Shown here in pieces: positions 39,701 through 49,211 of a stretch of DNA of 64,000 nt. The position numbers and the translations under genes are program-made. The notes below the pieces were generated by a model. The model searched no databases. It was not told where the DNA came from and worked only from the letters and a program-made list of their open reading frames with translations. The stretch is from IMG/VR virus record IMGVR_UViG_2706794671_000006; one strand, written 5' to 3'. Source of the DNA: a virus. Lineage: Duplodnaviria; Heunggongvirae; Uroviricota; Caudoviricetes. How positions within the stretch are numbered: position 1 is the first letter of the stretch; each line of letters opens with the position of its first letter.

Positions 39701-41435
39701 AAAGATAGAAACGATGAGATCATCGGTTGATGAAAGTGTTGCGGCTGTAGAAGAAATGCGGAGAACGGTTGCTGAGGTAGGAAGAGTAAGTTCAGAAATC
39801 ACAACTAATCTTGAAGCCATTTCTAAGACAAATATCGATCTTGCGTTGCGGCAGGACGAAGATCAGCACAGACAGCTGGTAAATAACGCGAAAATTGCCA
39901 CGACTCAAAAGATTCTTGTCGATGATGTGTCAGCAATGGCGTCTAAGGTTGAAGAGATACGAGCCGAGATTGGTGACAACATTCGAGCATCTATTCTCGA
40001 AGAAGCGACAGCCAGAACTGATGGTGATAATGCGTTAGCCAATCGTGTGACACAATTACAGAGTAAATTTGAAGGTGATATCAGTGCCGCAATAAGGACC
40101 GAACAATCTGCAAGAGCATCGGCCAATGAGACTCTTTCAAAGCAGATCACACAACTGGAGTCTAAAGTAAATACTGATATTTCAACCGCTATTAGAGAAG
40201 AGCAACAAACAAGAGCAACGCAAGATGAAGCATTATCAAGGCAAATAACTCAACTTCAAACAAAAGTTAATAACGATATATCTGCTGCTATTAAAAGTGA
40301 GCAACAAGCGCGAGTTAGCGGCGATTCAGCGTTATCCACACAAATTAATCAATTGCAGGCAAAAGTAGATGATGACATATCAGCTGCTATTAATGAGGAA
40401 AGAGAAGCCAGAGCATCAGGCGATAGTGCACTATCAAGAGAAGTTAGTAGTTTAAAAACAAAAACAGGTAAAGACATTGCAGCGGCGGTAGCAGTTGAAA
40501 CCAAAGCAAGAACTGACGCTAACGATGCATTATCCAGACAAATTTCTTCTCTTACTACGAGGGCTAATAATCTTCAGTCCTCGATAGAGCGAGAATCGAC
40601 ATCTCGTACAAGTCAGGATTCTGCCATTGCAAAAGACTTGGCAAGTTTTAAAACAAAAACTGCTAAGGATATAAGTGCAGCTGTTGCGGTTGAAACTCAA
40701 GCAAGAGCTGCCGCTGATACCGCATTGACGTCGCAGATTAACTCACTAAAGACACAAACAGGTAAAGATATAAAGGCTGCTGTAGCAGAAGAGACGAAAG
40801 CCAGAACTGATGCTGATGCAGCGCTTTCGACAAGGGTAACTAATCTCCAGTCGCAAACAACAAATTATATCAATGCAGCGATTACGTCAGAGTCAAAGGC
40901 CAGAACAAGTGCAGACAACGCTCTAGGAAAACGAATTGATACACTGAAAGCGTCTGTAGATGGAAATGTTGCCGTTATTCAGCAGCAGGCTTCTGCTATA
41001 GCTGACGCTAATAGAAAAGTATCAACCTCGTACACATTGAAGATGGAAACTTCAACGAGTGGTGGGCAGAAGTATGTAGCGGGCATTGCGCTGGGTATTG
41101 ATACAACGGGGCTTTCTCAGTTTTTGGTGCGGGCAGATCGATTTGGTTTGGTCAACAATGTTAATGGGAAGATCACAACGCCATTTGTTATCGAAAACAG
41201 CGTTGCGTATATGAACGGTGCTTATATCAAAGATGGCACTATCACAAACGCAAAGGTAGGTGACTTACAATCAACAAACTTCGTAAGAGGACGAGCCGGA
41301 TGGAGATTTGGCAAAAACGGAACGCTTGAGATTAACGGTAACAGTGGAGGAAATGGGAGATTAGTTATCAATGGGCAGAGAATCGACGTTTACGACGACA
41401 ATAATGTACTCAGGGTAAGAATTGGTCGACTTTGA
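36723..41435 (+). CDS. tail tip / host-specificity protein (lambda J-like) with long C-terminal coiled-coil repeat region
   Basis: 1570 aa; position after I-like gene; TTG start per track. Confidence 0.75.
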   Translation: MDMEQFKKKKLPLLIAGSGGKKSSKSSSRTPVEADDTVNSRAMASILDLLGEGVIGGLVNGARSIFVDDLPIVNEDGSSNFSGISWDFRDGSQDQTPMSGFDFVETPKSINIQLKKSHYVTVSIDNDEADRVRVIMKFPSLRRIDQKTGDTNGTTVEYKFQISNGDSTFVDVVAEGEKNVGIKLTAKKTGAYYRSYELKLPKPGRAYSVRVVRITDDNSGQYLYNDTWVDSIGEIVDTPMNYPNSALVGLKVNSEQFGGSMPSRSYLVRGLKIRVPSNYNEASNTYDGVWDGSFKLLSSSNPAWILFDLLTNSRYGLGQYVSESMIDLGQLYQIGRYCDEEVDDGFGGKEKRFAINTQITSRQDAYRLIQDIAGAFRGMVFWAGGMVNIMQDSPSDPVMMFTNSNVKDGLFTYKGSARKDRPSVALVTYNNKEDGYKQNIEYVEDQDAMRRYGERKTEVVAFGCTSRGQAHRVGLWLLYTARMESDVITFTAGLDASFLMPGETVLIQNKYRAGKRNSGRIVEFTKNSITLDAPVSLAKSGSFIRILNQEGKIVERDVLETGENITKVTFSKALSSAETPVLNGVWTITEPDLEPMRVRIVNIAQGETSGSFDITAVENNPSKYEAIDNGATLIPQNTTVLDPTYSKPSNLQITEGTYLSSPGNLSVKLTATWEGKSPEYWISWRRSDENNVSNWQSARVTEEQYEIVNVAENGRYDFQLYAVSFNGKKTEIISTVYQVLGTMTPPDAPTSLTAVGDYRNVILNWVNPDSVDLDHINVYASQTNNLDTAKLIAESASTTFTHSGLGDSETWYYWVRSANKRGMLSRPNSNLGTEATTRDVLSFLANKITSSELGQALNEEIDSKASQQAVDEINNHIDQSVESLEGEISALNKELTSSIDEFKTSFTERSETLENAQSELRTEVSSTREKVDDALRQVENSNAALIELRNTVSKQGDSVAGVVEAANAALENASSLIAEERKVRAQADLANAKKIETMRSSVDESVAAVEEMRRTVAEVGRVSSEITTNLEAISKTNIDLALRQDEDQHRQLVNNAKIATTQKILVDDVSAMASKVEEIRAEIGDNIRASILEEATARTDGDNALANRVTQLQSKFEGDISAAIRTEQSARASANETLSKQITQLESKVNTDISTAIREEQQTRATQDEALSRQITQLQTKVNNDISAAIKSEQQARVSGDSALSTQINQLQAKVDDDISAAINEEREARASGDSALSREVSSLKTKTGKDIAAAVAVETKARTDANDALSRQISSLTTRANNLQSSIERESTSRTSQDSAIAKDLASFKTKTAKDISAAVAVETQARAAADTALTSQINSLKTQTGKDIKAAVAEETKARTDADAALSTRVTNLQSQTTNYINAAITSESKARTSADNALGKRIDTLKASVDGNVAVIQQQASAIADANRKVSTSYTLKMETSTSGGQKYVAGIALGIDTTGLSQFLVRADRFGLVNNVNGKITTPFVIENSVAYMNGAYIKDGTITNAKVGDLQSTNFVRGRAGWRFGKNGTLEINGNSGGNGRLVINGQRIDVYDDNNVLRVRIGRL
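39900..40950 (+). repeat. tandem ~99-nt (33-codon) repeats inside the J-like gene
   Basis: Protein repeats of the form DISAAI..EQ.ARA..D.ALS.QI..L..KV recur ~9 times. Confidence 0.6.
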
Positions 41436-41464
41436 TTATGGAAAAAAATATTTTTATCGATAAT

Positions 41465-41507
41465 AATAGGTAGTTACATACTTAATGGTGGGCAAGGATA
41501 GCCCACC
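41465..41507 (+). promoter_or_regulatory. motif B (AATAGGTAGTTACATACTTA) followed by GC hairpin GGTGGGC-AAGGATA-GCCCACC upstream of tail fibre gene
   Basis: Same composite arrangement as after the capsid gene; AAGGAG RBS follows. Confidence 0.45.
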
Positions 41508-41529
41508 TGATTAAAGGAGCAGATTCAAC

Positions 41530-44500
41530 ATGTGGTACAGGGAAGGTACTATCACATTTACACAAGGCAGCAATACTCTGGTTGGTGCTGGGACAGCATG
41601 GAACGTTACGGCCAATGGTGTGTTGCCTGGCATGATTGTCGTCGCACCTGATAATAAATTGTATGAAATTAAAAGCGTAACAAATGACACAACCTTAACG
41701 TTGGTTGAAAACTATACTGGTGAAACGCAAAGTGATATACCATGTAGGATCATCACTACCTACGAAGGAGATTTGACACAGTTTAGTGCGAGATTTACGG
41801 CTCTTTTATCACGAATGTCTGGTGATGCAAAAACAGTTCGAAATTGGTTAACTGCCGTAGATGAAGTTACTCTTGAGCGAGAAGATGGCACTAATGTTAA
41901 TGTAAAACCTCTTTCTAAGATTATCGCGGAGCATAATAAGCACGTAGAATGGTATGAAAATAATACTAACGCAATTAATTCCGCAGGAGATAAAGCAAAA
42001 CAGGCTGCGGCCAGTGCGTCGGCTGCGGCGAAGAGTGCGAATCTAGCAAGCAGTAAGGCTACTCAGGCATCTAATAGTGCGTTGGATGCTACAGCGTCTA
42101 AAAATGCAGCAAATAAAAGTGCATCAAGTGCTAAAGCATCAGAAACAAGTGCTTTAGAGGCGAAGAACGCAGCTGCAATTTCTGCATCAACAGCTTCCAC
42201 TAAGGCAACAGAAGCCACAAGTTCGGCTAATGCTGCGTTGGTCTCTAAAGAGGCTGCAAAATTATCTGAAATGAATGCTGCTTCTGGTGCTGGCAGTGCA
42301 TCAACTTCTGCAAATCAGGCTAGAGAGTCGGCAAGGTCTGCGAAGACATCCGCTAATCAGGCTTCAACTTATGCGTCTGCTGCTAGAGCTTCGAAGGATG
42401 AAGCTAGCCGAAAGTCTGCTGAAGCCTCAACTAGTGCTAGTAACGCATCATCGAAATCAGCTGAATCTGCGGCTAAAGCAGAAGAAGCAAAGCAAAGCCA
42501 AACATCAGCACTTGCATCGGCAGAGCGTGCAGAGATAGCTGCTACTAGAGCAGAAAGAGCTTTGTCAGCGATATCATTACATGATGCCAGTTTGACTATG
42601 AAGGGTATTGTCAAATTAAGCAGTGAGACGAGCAGTTCGTCAGAAGAATTTGCAGCAACACCAAAAGCAGTAAAGGCTGCGTTTGATCTTGCTAAATCAA
42701 AATATACTGCAAATGACGCGACAACTTCACAAAAAGGGCTGGTTCAATTAAGTAGCGATACAAATAACGCCTCTGAATCATTGGCCGCAACAACAAAAGC
42801 GGTTAAAAGTGTAAAGGATCTTGCTGATAGAAAAGCAGCAATCAACAGCCCAGCATTTACTGGCACACCAACGGCACCAACGGCGACTCAAGGCACTAAT
42901 AATACGCAAATTGCCACAACTGCTTATGTAAGAGAAGCGATCTCAGGTCTTGTAGGATCATCACCTGAAGCGCTTGATACTCTTAATGAGTTGGCAAGGG
43001 CTTTGGGTGATGATCCCGATTTTGCCACAACAATGACGAACAAGTTGGCCACAAAACAACCTCTTGATGCTACGCTGACTGCACTGGCTGGACTAACAAC
43101 AGCCGCTAATAAACTTCCTTATTTTACAGGGAATGATACAGCTGGATTAGCAACAATAACTTCTGTTGGTCGAGATATTCTTTCTAAAGCAAGTGTACAG
43201 GCGATTATTCAGTATCTTGGATTGAAGGAAAATGGAACAAGTGGCGATAAAATACCTTTATTGAGTACAGCCAATACATGGAGTGCAAAGCAAACATTTA
43301 GTAATGGTCTTGCAGGCTCACTTAACGGAAATTCCGATACCGCAACAAAATTAAAAGCAGCACGAAAAATTGGCGGAGTACCGTTTGATGGTTCATCAGA
43401 TATAAATCTACCAGGTGTAAACTCAACAGGAACTCAGAGTACTAGTGGAAACGCTGCCTCTGCCACTAAGTTAGCAACACCTCGTTCAATTGGTGGAATG
43501 TTATTTGACGGCACTGCAAATATTGACTTACCAGGCGTTAACAAGGTTGGAAATCAGAGTACAACAGGTAATGCAGGGAGCGCAACGAGACTGCAAACGG
43601 CAAGAACAATAGGTGGGGTATCGTTTAATGGCACTGCAAATATTGACTTACCTGGTGTCAATAAAGCTGGAAATCAGAACACGTCAGGTAATGCTGCAAC
43701 GGCGACAAAACTTGCAACGGCACGAAAAATAAATGGGGTCAGTTTTGATGGCTCAAAGAATATAAGCATCACGCCAAAACAACTAGGTGCAGCAAAATAT
43801 GTTGCTAATCTTGCTACGGGGAATACTCAAGAGTGGACAACTGCACAATTTGTCGCATGGTTAAATTCACAAGGGGCATTTGATGCAACTCAGTGGAGCA
43901 CACGTTGTAGCTGGTCTTATGGTAGTAACTGTTATATAGGAAATGCATCAACGGGATGTGGAGTTATACCTCTTGCTGGTTCTGTTATTGAGGTGTTTTC
44001 AACCGGTACAAGTAATTACACTATACGCATTACAACACCTTCAACATCTGGAGGTGCATCTGGTGCTGTTCTTAATAGTGAGTTTATTTATACATACAAC
44101 GGCGATAACTATAGCCCAACATGGCGTCGTAATTACAGTTCTCAAAATAAACCAACGGCTTCAGAGATAGGCGCCCTTGCCTCAAATGGAAATGCAGTTT
44201 CGGCTACGAAACTGAAAACAGCGAGAAATATAGGGGGGGTATCGTTTGATGGTACAGCGAATATAGATTTACCAGGCGTTAACAAAGCTGGAAATCAGAA
44301 CACATCAGGTAATGCTGCAACAGCTACTAAATTAAAAACATCAAGAACAATAGGTGGAGTATCATTTGATGGTAGCGCAAACATTAATCTTCCAGGTGTG
44401 AATACGTCAGGAAATCAGAATACATCTGGTAACGCAGCATCAGCAACTAAGCTACAAACAGCACGTACTATAAATGGAGTAAGTTTCGACGGAACAAAAA

Positions 44501-44901
44501 ATATTAGTATAAGTGCCGCTCAAATTGGTGCTTTGCCTATCGGTGGGGGTACGATAACAGGTAATTTGACTGTAAATGGAAATGGCTCATTTAATGATGT
44601 TCAGATCCGCTCAGATAAGCGTAACAAGCGTAATCTGGTAAAGCTAGATAATGCGTTAGATCGTTTGGAGGCACTTACTGGTTATCTTTATGAAATCCAA
44701 CTCTCTGATGATAGTTGGAAAACGTCAGTTGGTTTAATTGCTCAGGATGCACAAAAAGCATTGTCTGAACTGGTAACTGAAGACACAGACGTTATATCTG
44801 GTGAAAAACGTCTGTGTCTTAACTACAACGGCATAATTGCATTGTTAGTCGAGGGCTTTAAAACACTTCGTCATGAGATTAAAGAACTTCGGGAGAAGTA
44901 A
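41530..44901 (+). CDS. tail fibre protein with C-terminal intramolecular chaperone (peptidase S74-like) domain
   Basis: Ala/Ser-rich region, six to seven ~38-aa repeats (ATKL.TAR.IGGVSFDG..NI.LPGVN..GNQ.TSGNAA), C-terminal RSDKRNKRNLVKLDNALDRLEALTGYLYEIQ. Confidence 0.75.
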   Translation: MWYREGTITFTQGSNTLVGAGTAWNVTANGVLPGMIVVAPDNKLYEIKSVTNDTTLTLVENYTGETQSDIPCRIITTYEGDLTQFSARFTALLSRMSGDAKTVRNWLTAVDEVTLEREDGTNVNVKPLSKIIAEHNKHVEWYENNTNAINSAGDKAKQAAASASAAAKSANLASSKATQASNSALDATASKNAANKSASSAKASETSALEAKNAAAISASTASTKATEATSSANAALVSKEAAKLSEMNAASGAGSASTSANQARESARSAKTSANQASTYASAARASKDEASRKSAEASTSASNASSKSAESAAKAEEAKQSQTSALASAERAEIAATRAERALSAISLHDASLTMKGIVKLSSETSSSSEEFAATPKAVKAAFDLAKSKYTANDATTSQKGLVQLSSDTNNASESLAATTKAVKSVKDLADRKAAINSPAFTGTPTAPTATQGTNNTQIATTAYVREAISGLVGSSPEALDTLNELARALGDDPDFATTMTNKLATKQPLDATLTALAGLTTAANKLPYFTGNDTAGLATITSVGRDILSKASVQAIIQYLGLKENGTSGDKIPLLSTANTWSAKQTFSNGLAGSLNGNSDTATKLKAARKIGGVPFDGSSDINLPGVNSTGTQSTSGNAASATKLATPRSIGGMLFDGTANIDLPGVNKVGNQSTTGNAGSATRLQTARTIGGVSFNGTANIDLPGVNKAGNQNTSGNAATATKLATARKINGVSFDGSKNISITPKQLGAAKYVANLATGNTQEWTTAQFVAWLNSQGAFDATQWSTRCSWSYGSNCYIGNASTGCGVIPLAGSVIEVFSTGTSNYTIRITTPSTSGGASGAVLNSEFIYTYNGDNYSPTWRRNYSSQNKPTASEIGALASNGNAVSATKLKTARNIGGVSFDGTANIDLPGVNKAGNQNTSGNAATATKLKTSRTIGGVSFDGSANINLPGVNTSGNQNTSGNAASATKLQTARTINGVSFDGTKNISISAAQIGALPIGGGTITGNLTVNGNGSFNDVQIRSDKRNKRNLVKLDNALDRLEALTGYLYEIQLSDDSWKTSVGLIAQDAQKALSELVTEDTDVISGEKRLCLNYNGIIALLVEGFKTLRHEIKELREK

Positions 44902-44986
44902 ACGACAGCTGTTGGAGTTTCTGGTTTCTACTGAATTTAAATTGTGGGGGTGATACTCACCCCACGCATTCAAAAGGAGGGGTAAA

Positions 44987-45499
44987 ATGGGGGTAGCGTC
45001 GGGATGGGTCGGTTCTTCGGCTAAGAGCGAAACGGGCGAACAATGGATGAGCGCTGCGGGTACTAAGTTAGGATTGGGTAAACCTTTTATGATGAGTCAA
45101 ATGGTGGGACGATCTATGGGCTGTAAAATTGCAACCGCTTACTATAAAGGGAATCCTCCTGATAAAGTCGAAAACTGGGGGGCTGTAGGTTCAGATTGGC
45201 CATTGGCTGAAAAGAACCAAGGTACAATTGCTGGTGCTTCGAGCTGTGGTTTAGGTCGTTTAGTGGGGATCGTGCTTACGCAAGCTCACTACGTTCCAGG
45301 TTTACCGCCCACTGGGGGTTTATACATCGCAGGGGGAAGGGCAAGCAATATTACAGTAACAGTTGGTGGAGTCTCACAAGTTTTTACTTACAATAGTGTT
45401 ATTAACGGTTTTCACTATTACTGGCAAGGAACACCTAGTTCGGCCTTTATAACGGCAATGAAAAGGACGGGGGTTACACAAGATTTGAAAATTAGTTAA
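44987..45499 (+). CDS. hypothetical Gly-rich protein downstream of tail fibre
   Basis: 170 aa ORF; no recognisable motif. Confidence 0.5.
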   Translation: MGVASGWVGSSAKSETGEQWMSAAGTKLGLGKPFMMSQMVGRSMGCKIATAYYKGNPPDKVENWGAVGSDWPLAEKNQGTIAGASSCGLGRLVGIVLTQAHYVPGLPPTGGLYIAGGRASNITVTVGGVSQVFTYNSVINGFHYYWQGTPSSAFITAMKRTGVTQDLKIS

Positions 45500-45596
45500 A
45501 ATATAAAAGGTTATATATTATTTAAATTTCAGTTGATATTTAAATTACATAAAATTATGTAAGGGGATATTAAAATAGATTGCTCATGGAGGAAGC

Positions 45597-45920
45597 ATGG
45601 CTAATGACGTAGGAGGCGTCACTCATGATCAGGTTGAGAGAATAGCTAAAATTGTCGCCAGAGAAGTTGTTGGTAAATTAGGAAAAGAAATCAGAGAGGA
45701 GATAGTTCATGAGGTTCATGAGCAGTTGAAAAACTATTTTGGTGACATGACTCCGGCTCAACACAGTATTCAACATTCCAATCTGGATAAACTACTTAAT
45801 AGGTTAGATTCGATCTCAAGCGGCTTCTTTGGAGGCATTATTTCTAAAGTGACGTCGTTTATTATAACCGCACTAATTTTAGGATTAGCCGCATATGGCG
45901 TAAAAAATGGACTGCAATAA
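45597..45920 (+). CDS. hypothetical membrane protein (holin candidate)
   Basis: 107 aa with single C-terminal TM segment; sits before lysis genes after an AT-rich spacer. Confidence 0.4.
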   Translation: MANDVGGVTHDQVERIAKIVAREVVGKLGKEIREEIVHEVHEQLKNYFGDMTPAQHSIQHSNLDKLLNRLDSISSGFFGGIISKVTSFIITALILGLAAYGVKNGLQ

Positions 45921-45933
45921 CAGGAGAACAAGG

Positions 45934-46626
45934 ATGAAGACTCCGAGAGGCATTCGTAATAATAACCCCGGTAATCTTGATAAAGGATCACCGTGGCAAG
46001 GTCTGGTTGCGAATCCAGACGAACCTCGCTTTTGCACGTTTAAAGACCCTGTTTGGGGTATTCGTGCTCTGGCAGTGACTCTAATTACCTACCACGATAA
46101 ACGTCGCGCCAAAGACGGCTCAAGTATTGATACCATTCGCGAAGTTATTGAACGTTGGGCACCGCCGAATGAAAACAACACTGACACCTACATTAATGAG
46201 GTGTCTAAAGCTGTTGGTGTAACCGCAGACATGATCATCGATCTGCATGATTACGACATCCTTCGACCTTTGGTTGAGGCAATCATTCGCCATGAGAATG
46301 GGCGAGGTCCGCTAAAAACGCTGAACACCTGGTATGCGGCAGAAGTTATTGAGGAAGGTCTGCGTCGAGCTGGAGTCGTTAAGCCGGTGAAAACCGTGAA
46401 GGCTGTTCCTGTAACTAAAGAAACAGCAGGCGCAACTGTTACAGCAGGTATTGGTCTGGCGCAGCTGGCCGATGTTATGCCGCAGGTTTCCGCTGCTATG
46501 GATAAAGCACAAGGTCATATCTCTAGTGGGGATACAGTACGCATCATCTTCGGTATTGCCACTATTGTTGTGGCAGGATTCATTGCCTGGTCGCAGGTAA
46601 GAAAACACCAGAAAGGGATGGCCTAA
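45934..46626 (+). CDS. putative lysis protein / endolysin-like with C-terminal membrane anchor
   Basis: Start set at MKTPRG (AGGAG RBS); C-terminal TM IIFGIATIVVAGFIAW; directly upstream of spanins. Catalytic class not identified. Confidence 0.4.
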   Translation: MKTPRGIRNNNPGNLDKGSPWQGLVANPDEPRFCTFKDPVWGIRALAVTLITYHDKRRAKDGSSIDTIREVIERWAPPNENNTDTYINEVSKAVGVTADMIIDLHDYDILRPLVEAIIRHENGRGPLKTLNTWYAAEVIEEGLRRAGVVKPVKTVKAVPVTKETAGATVTAGIGLAQLADVMPQVSAAMDKAQGHISSGDTVRIIFGIATIVVAGFIAWSQVRKHQKGMA

Positions 46627-46627
46627 T

Positions 46628-46879
46628 ATGCTAGGTAGCCTGATGATAAAGCTAAAAGTTGCTTTGATTACTCTGGCTGCCGTTCTTTTCGTTCTGGTCG
46701 GCGCTTACACGATGGGCGGAAATGCGGCGCGACGAGCAATGGAAGAGAAGGCAAAACAGGAAGACAGGAAACGACTTCAAAGCACAGTGGATGTCAAAAA
46801 TGAAACACTTGATGAGTTACGGCGCAAAGATGCTTCTACTGTTCATCATGAGTTGCACAATAAGTGGTTGCGTGATTAA
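46628..46879 (+). CDS. i-spanin (Rz-like)
   Basis: 83 aa, N-terminal TM then charged coiled-coil. Confidence 0.55.
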   Translation: MLGSLMIKLKVALITLAAVLFVLVGAYTMGGNAARRAMEEKAKQEDRKRLQSTVDVKNETLDELRRKDASTVHHELHNKWLRD

Positions 46880-47030
46880 GCCTCAATCCTCTGGTGTGCT
46901 TTTCTGCGATGCGGCTACACCGCTATACATCAGCCGTGATGATCTCATGACCGAAGAGACTGAAAGGGAAGTACTTTTTCACAATATGATAGGGGAGCGA
47001 TTGTGTGGATGGGGCAGAAAAGTGCCATAA
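46800..47030 (+). CDS. o-spanin lipoprotein (Rz1-like), overlapping the i-spanin gene in another frame
   Basis: MKHLMSYGAKMLLLFIMSCTISGC with lipobox-like ISGC; start within track ORF 46722-47030 uncertain. Confidence 0.5.
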   Translation: MKHLMSYGAKMLLLFIMSCTISGCVIKPQSSGVLFCDAATPLYISRDDLMTEETEREVLFHNMIGERLCGWGRKVP

Positions 47031-47204
47031 TAAAAGCGGAATTTTCTAACATAAAATTTGCATATTATTAGAGCACAAGGTAGATTTGAAGCATGGATGT
47101 CAAGTAAATCATACCTTGTTTTAATAAATCGACGCATACTCGTAGCCTCTAAACCGACAAGGTCGCCGCTATGACATAAAGTTATTACCGGCTAAGGTGG
47201 AAAC

Positions 47205-47603
47205 ATGCATACTGCGCTTAACGCATCTCGTTCTATTCAGACGATAAGAGACTGTACCAAGATGATCGCATCGGTTCCGTTGCGGCATTGGAATGACTCG
47301 CTCCAAATTCGTGAAATGAACAAACCGGGTATGCTTAAGGATCAGCGTTTCATCGTTAACCTTAAAAGTGACGTTGAAGAAGGCAAGTTTACCATCAAAT
47401 TGTTTGCAGAAATGATGGTGCTCAACAATCGGTTACGTTTTCTTGTTAAGCCAGAAAAACAGTTTCCCGATGTTGTGCGTTGTGAACAGGATGCTTTCTA
47501 TGAGATTGAAAGCAAAATAGCTAAATTTATCAAAGATAAATACCGCGTAGATGTTAAAATAGCGAAACTGGATTCATCTACGGATATGCGGCTTGCTAAC
47601 TAA
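47205..47603 (+). CDS. hypothetical protein (first gene of two-gene operon)
   Basis: 132 aa; stop TAA immediately followed by next ATG. Confidence 0.55.
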   Translation: MHTALNASRSIQTIRDCTKMIASVPLRHWNDSLQIREMNKPGMLKDQRFIVNLKSDVEEGKFTIKLFAEMMVLNNRLRFLVKPEKQFPDVVRCEQDAFYEIESKIAKFIKDKYRVDVKIAKLDSSTDMRLAN

Positions 47604-48380
47604 ATGTCACCATCATTCATAGCAGAGTATTCAAAAGTACTGTCTGATTTCCCTGAATGTGAAGCAAGAGAGAAAATCAGAGTTGGCTACATGGTTAACT
47701 CTGATTTTTCTGTTTTACGGCTCACAGAGTGGTCCTTGATCGGGTCTAATTATGATTACTGTTTGACAGTGTCATTTGTAGGCGACCCTGATGCAGATTG
47801 GCTTCAAGAACATGCAATGGATCTTGACGAGCAGGGGCATTCAGAAGAAGAGATAGTTCATAGTGTTCGTGAATTAGTTGGTGATGAGCAAGAAGATGAT
47901 GACGGCATTCAGATCGCCAGGTTCGTCTACAAACGATTCCAGTTTCGCTCACAAAAAGGCTCTCACCTTGGGGTCCAGATTAAAGGGGCATTTGTAACCC
48001 CTTCAAAGGAACAAAAGGGACTTGCTAGAAGAGTTTACAATTTTCTTCTCAATTGGCATGACCATGTAGTATGTGATGACCATCAGACGGTTTACGGTGC
48101 CAGAATTTGGGCTGTAGGTATGCTTTTGGTCGGTCGTGTCCAAATCTATGACAATTTAAATAAAGAATTTATAGATGTCCTTGTTGAAGGTGGTATTGGG
48201 CAGAATGGCGTCAAACCGTGGGATGCGCTGCTATTGAACAGCGAGGCTCAGTTACGTCACTGGAACCCTATGGCTGTCAGCATAGACCCATCTAGTCAGA
48301 TTCTCACCATCATCTCCAAAGAAGACCGCCACATTGAAGTGGGCGTTACAACATTTGATGCCAGGTCTACCAACCACTAA
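47604..48380 (+). CDS. hypothetical protein
   Basis: 258 aa; acidic central region; terminator follows. Confidence 0.55.
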   Translation: MSPSFIAEYSKVLSDFPECEAREKIRVGYMVNSDFSVLRLTEWSLIGSNYDYCLTVSFVGDPDADWLQEHAMDLDEQGHSEEEIVHSVRELVGDEQEDDDGIQIARFVYKRFQFRSQKGSHLGVQIKGAFVTPSKEQKGLARRVYNFLLNWHDHVVCDDHQTVYGARIWAVGMLLVGRVQIYDNLNKEFIDVLVEGGIGQNGVKPWDALLLNSEAQLRHWNPMAVSIDPSSQILTIISKEDRHIEVGVTTFDARSTNH

Positions 48381-48388
48381 TTCCTAAA

Positions 48389-48410
48389 CCCGCTACGGCG
48401 GGTTTTTTGT
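48389..48410 (+). terminator. rho-independent terminator
   Basis: CCCGC-TACG-GCGGG followed by TTTTTTG. Confidence 0.75.
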
Positions 48411-48491
48411 TATTAAGTCCTTACCAAATCTATGTACCTATCATTAAACCTTTACACAGCAGCCGTAGGCATTTAGGCTATATCACATATA

Positions 48492-48509
48492 AGAAAACAA
48501 GTTGTTTCA
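48492..48509 (+). promoter_or_regulatory. motif A (AGAAAACAAGTTGTTTCA, perfect AAACAA-G-TTGTTT) upstream of parA
   Basis: ~34 nt before parA ATG. Confidence 0.5.
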
Positions 48510-48542
48510 GACAATAATAATAGACGCAAAGGAAACTCTCCA

Positions 48543-49211
48543 ATGACCAAGATCTTTGTGGTTGGCGGCACAAAGGGCGGGCCTGGCAAATCCACCGTTG
48601 CCCAGCAAATTGCCGTTTGCCTGAAAGTCAAAAAGAAGAAGAAGGTTTATATTACCGATATAGATATTCAGCGCACGACAACGAGCTGGTGTGAAGACCG
48701 TCGACAGAACGAAGACCTTGAGCTGATTCCTTTTGCATACGTTCAGGATGACATCATTAAGCACCTAAAATCGCTTCAGGGTAGAGCTGAGTTTGTAGTG
48801 GTAGATGCTGGTGGCTTCGACTCCGAAATTCAGCGACAAGCGATGCTGATGGCTGACGTTATCATTATCCCGCTGCGTCCTAAGCGTCGTGATTTGAAAT
48901 CTTTACGTGACATCGATCCTATTATCGACAATGTTCGCAATGTAAACGATAAAGTGAAGGTCCGCGCGGTAATGAACCAGTGCCCGGCTTTGCCATCACA
49001 AGTGTCTCGCATTCTGGCGGCTAAAGAGATTGTTGAGACGTTTGGCATCGAGTCTGCGCCAGTCAATCTATATAACCGCAACGTCTATGATGATGCGGAA
49101 GAGTCTGGTCGTTCTATCTTTGAAATGACCGGTAGCGAGCGCGACAAAAAGGCGGAAGCCGAGTTTGAAGAATTTGTAGATTATCTGTTGAGTCTGGAGG
49201 AAGAAGAATAA
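48543..49211 (+). CDS. parA: ParA-family partition ATPase
   Basis: Deviant Walker A GGTKGGPGKST, ParA/MinD-like layout, 222 aa. Confidence 0.85.
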   Translation: MTKIFVVGGTKGGPGKSTVAQQIAVCLKVKKKKKVYITDIDIQRTTTSWCEDRRQNEDLELIPFAYVQDDIIKHLKSLQGRAEFVVVDAGGFDSEIQRQAMLMADVIIIPLRPKRRDLKSLRDIDPIIDNVRNVNDKVKVRAVMNQCPALPSQVSRILAAKEIVETFGIESAPVNLYNRNVYDDAEESGRSIFEMTGSERDKKAEAEFEEFVDYLLSLEEEE

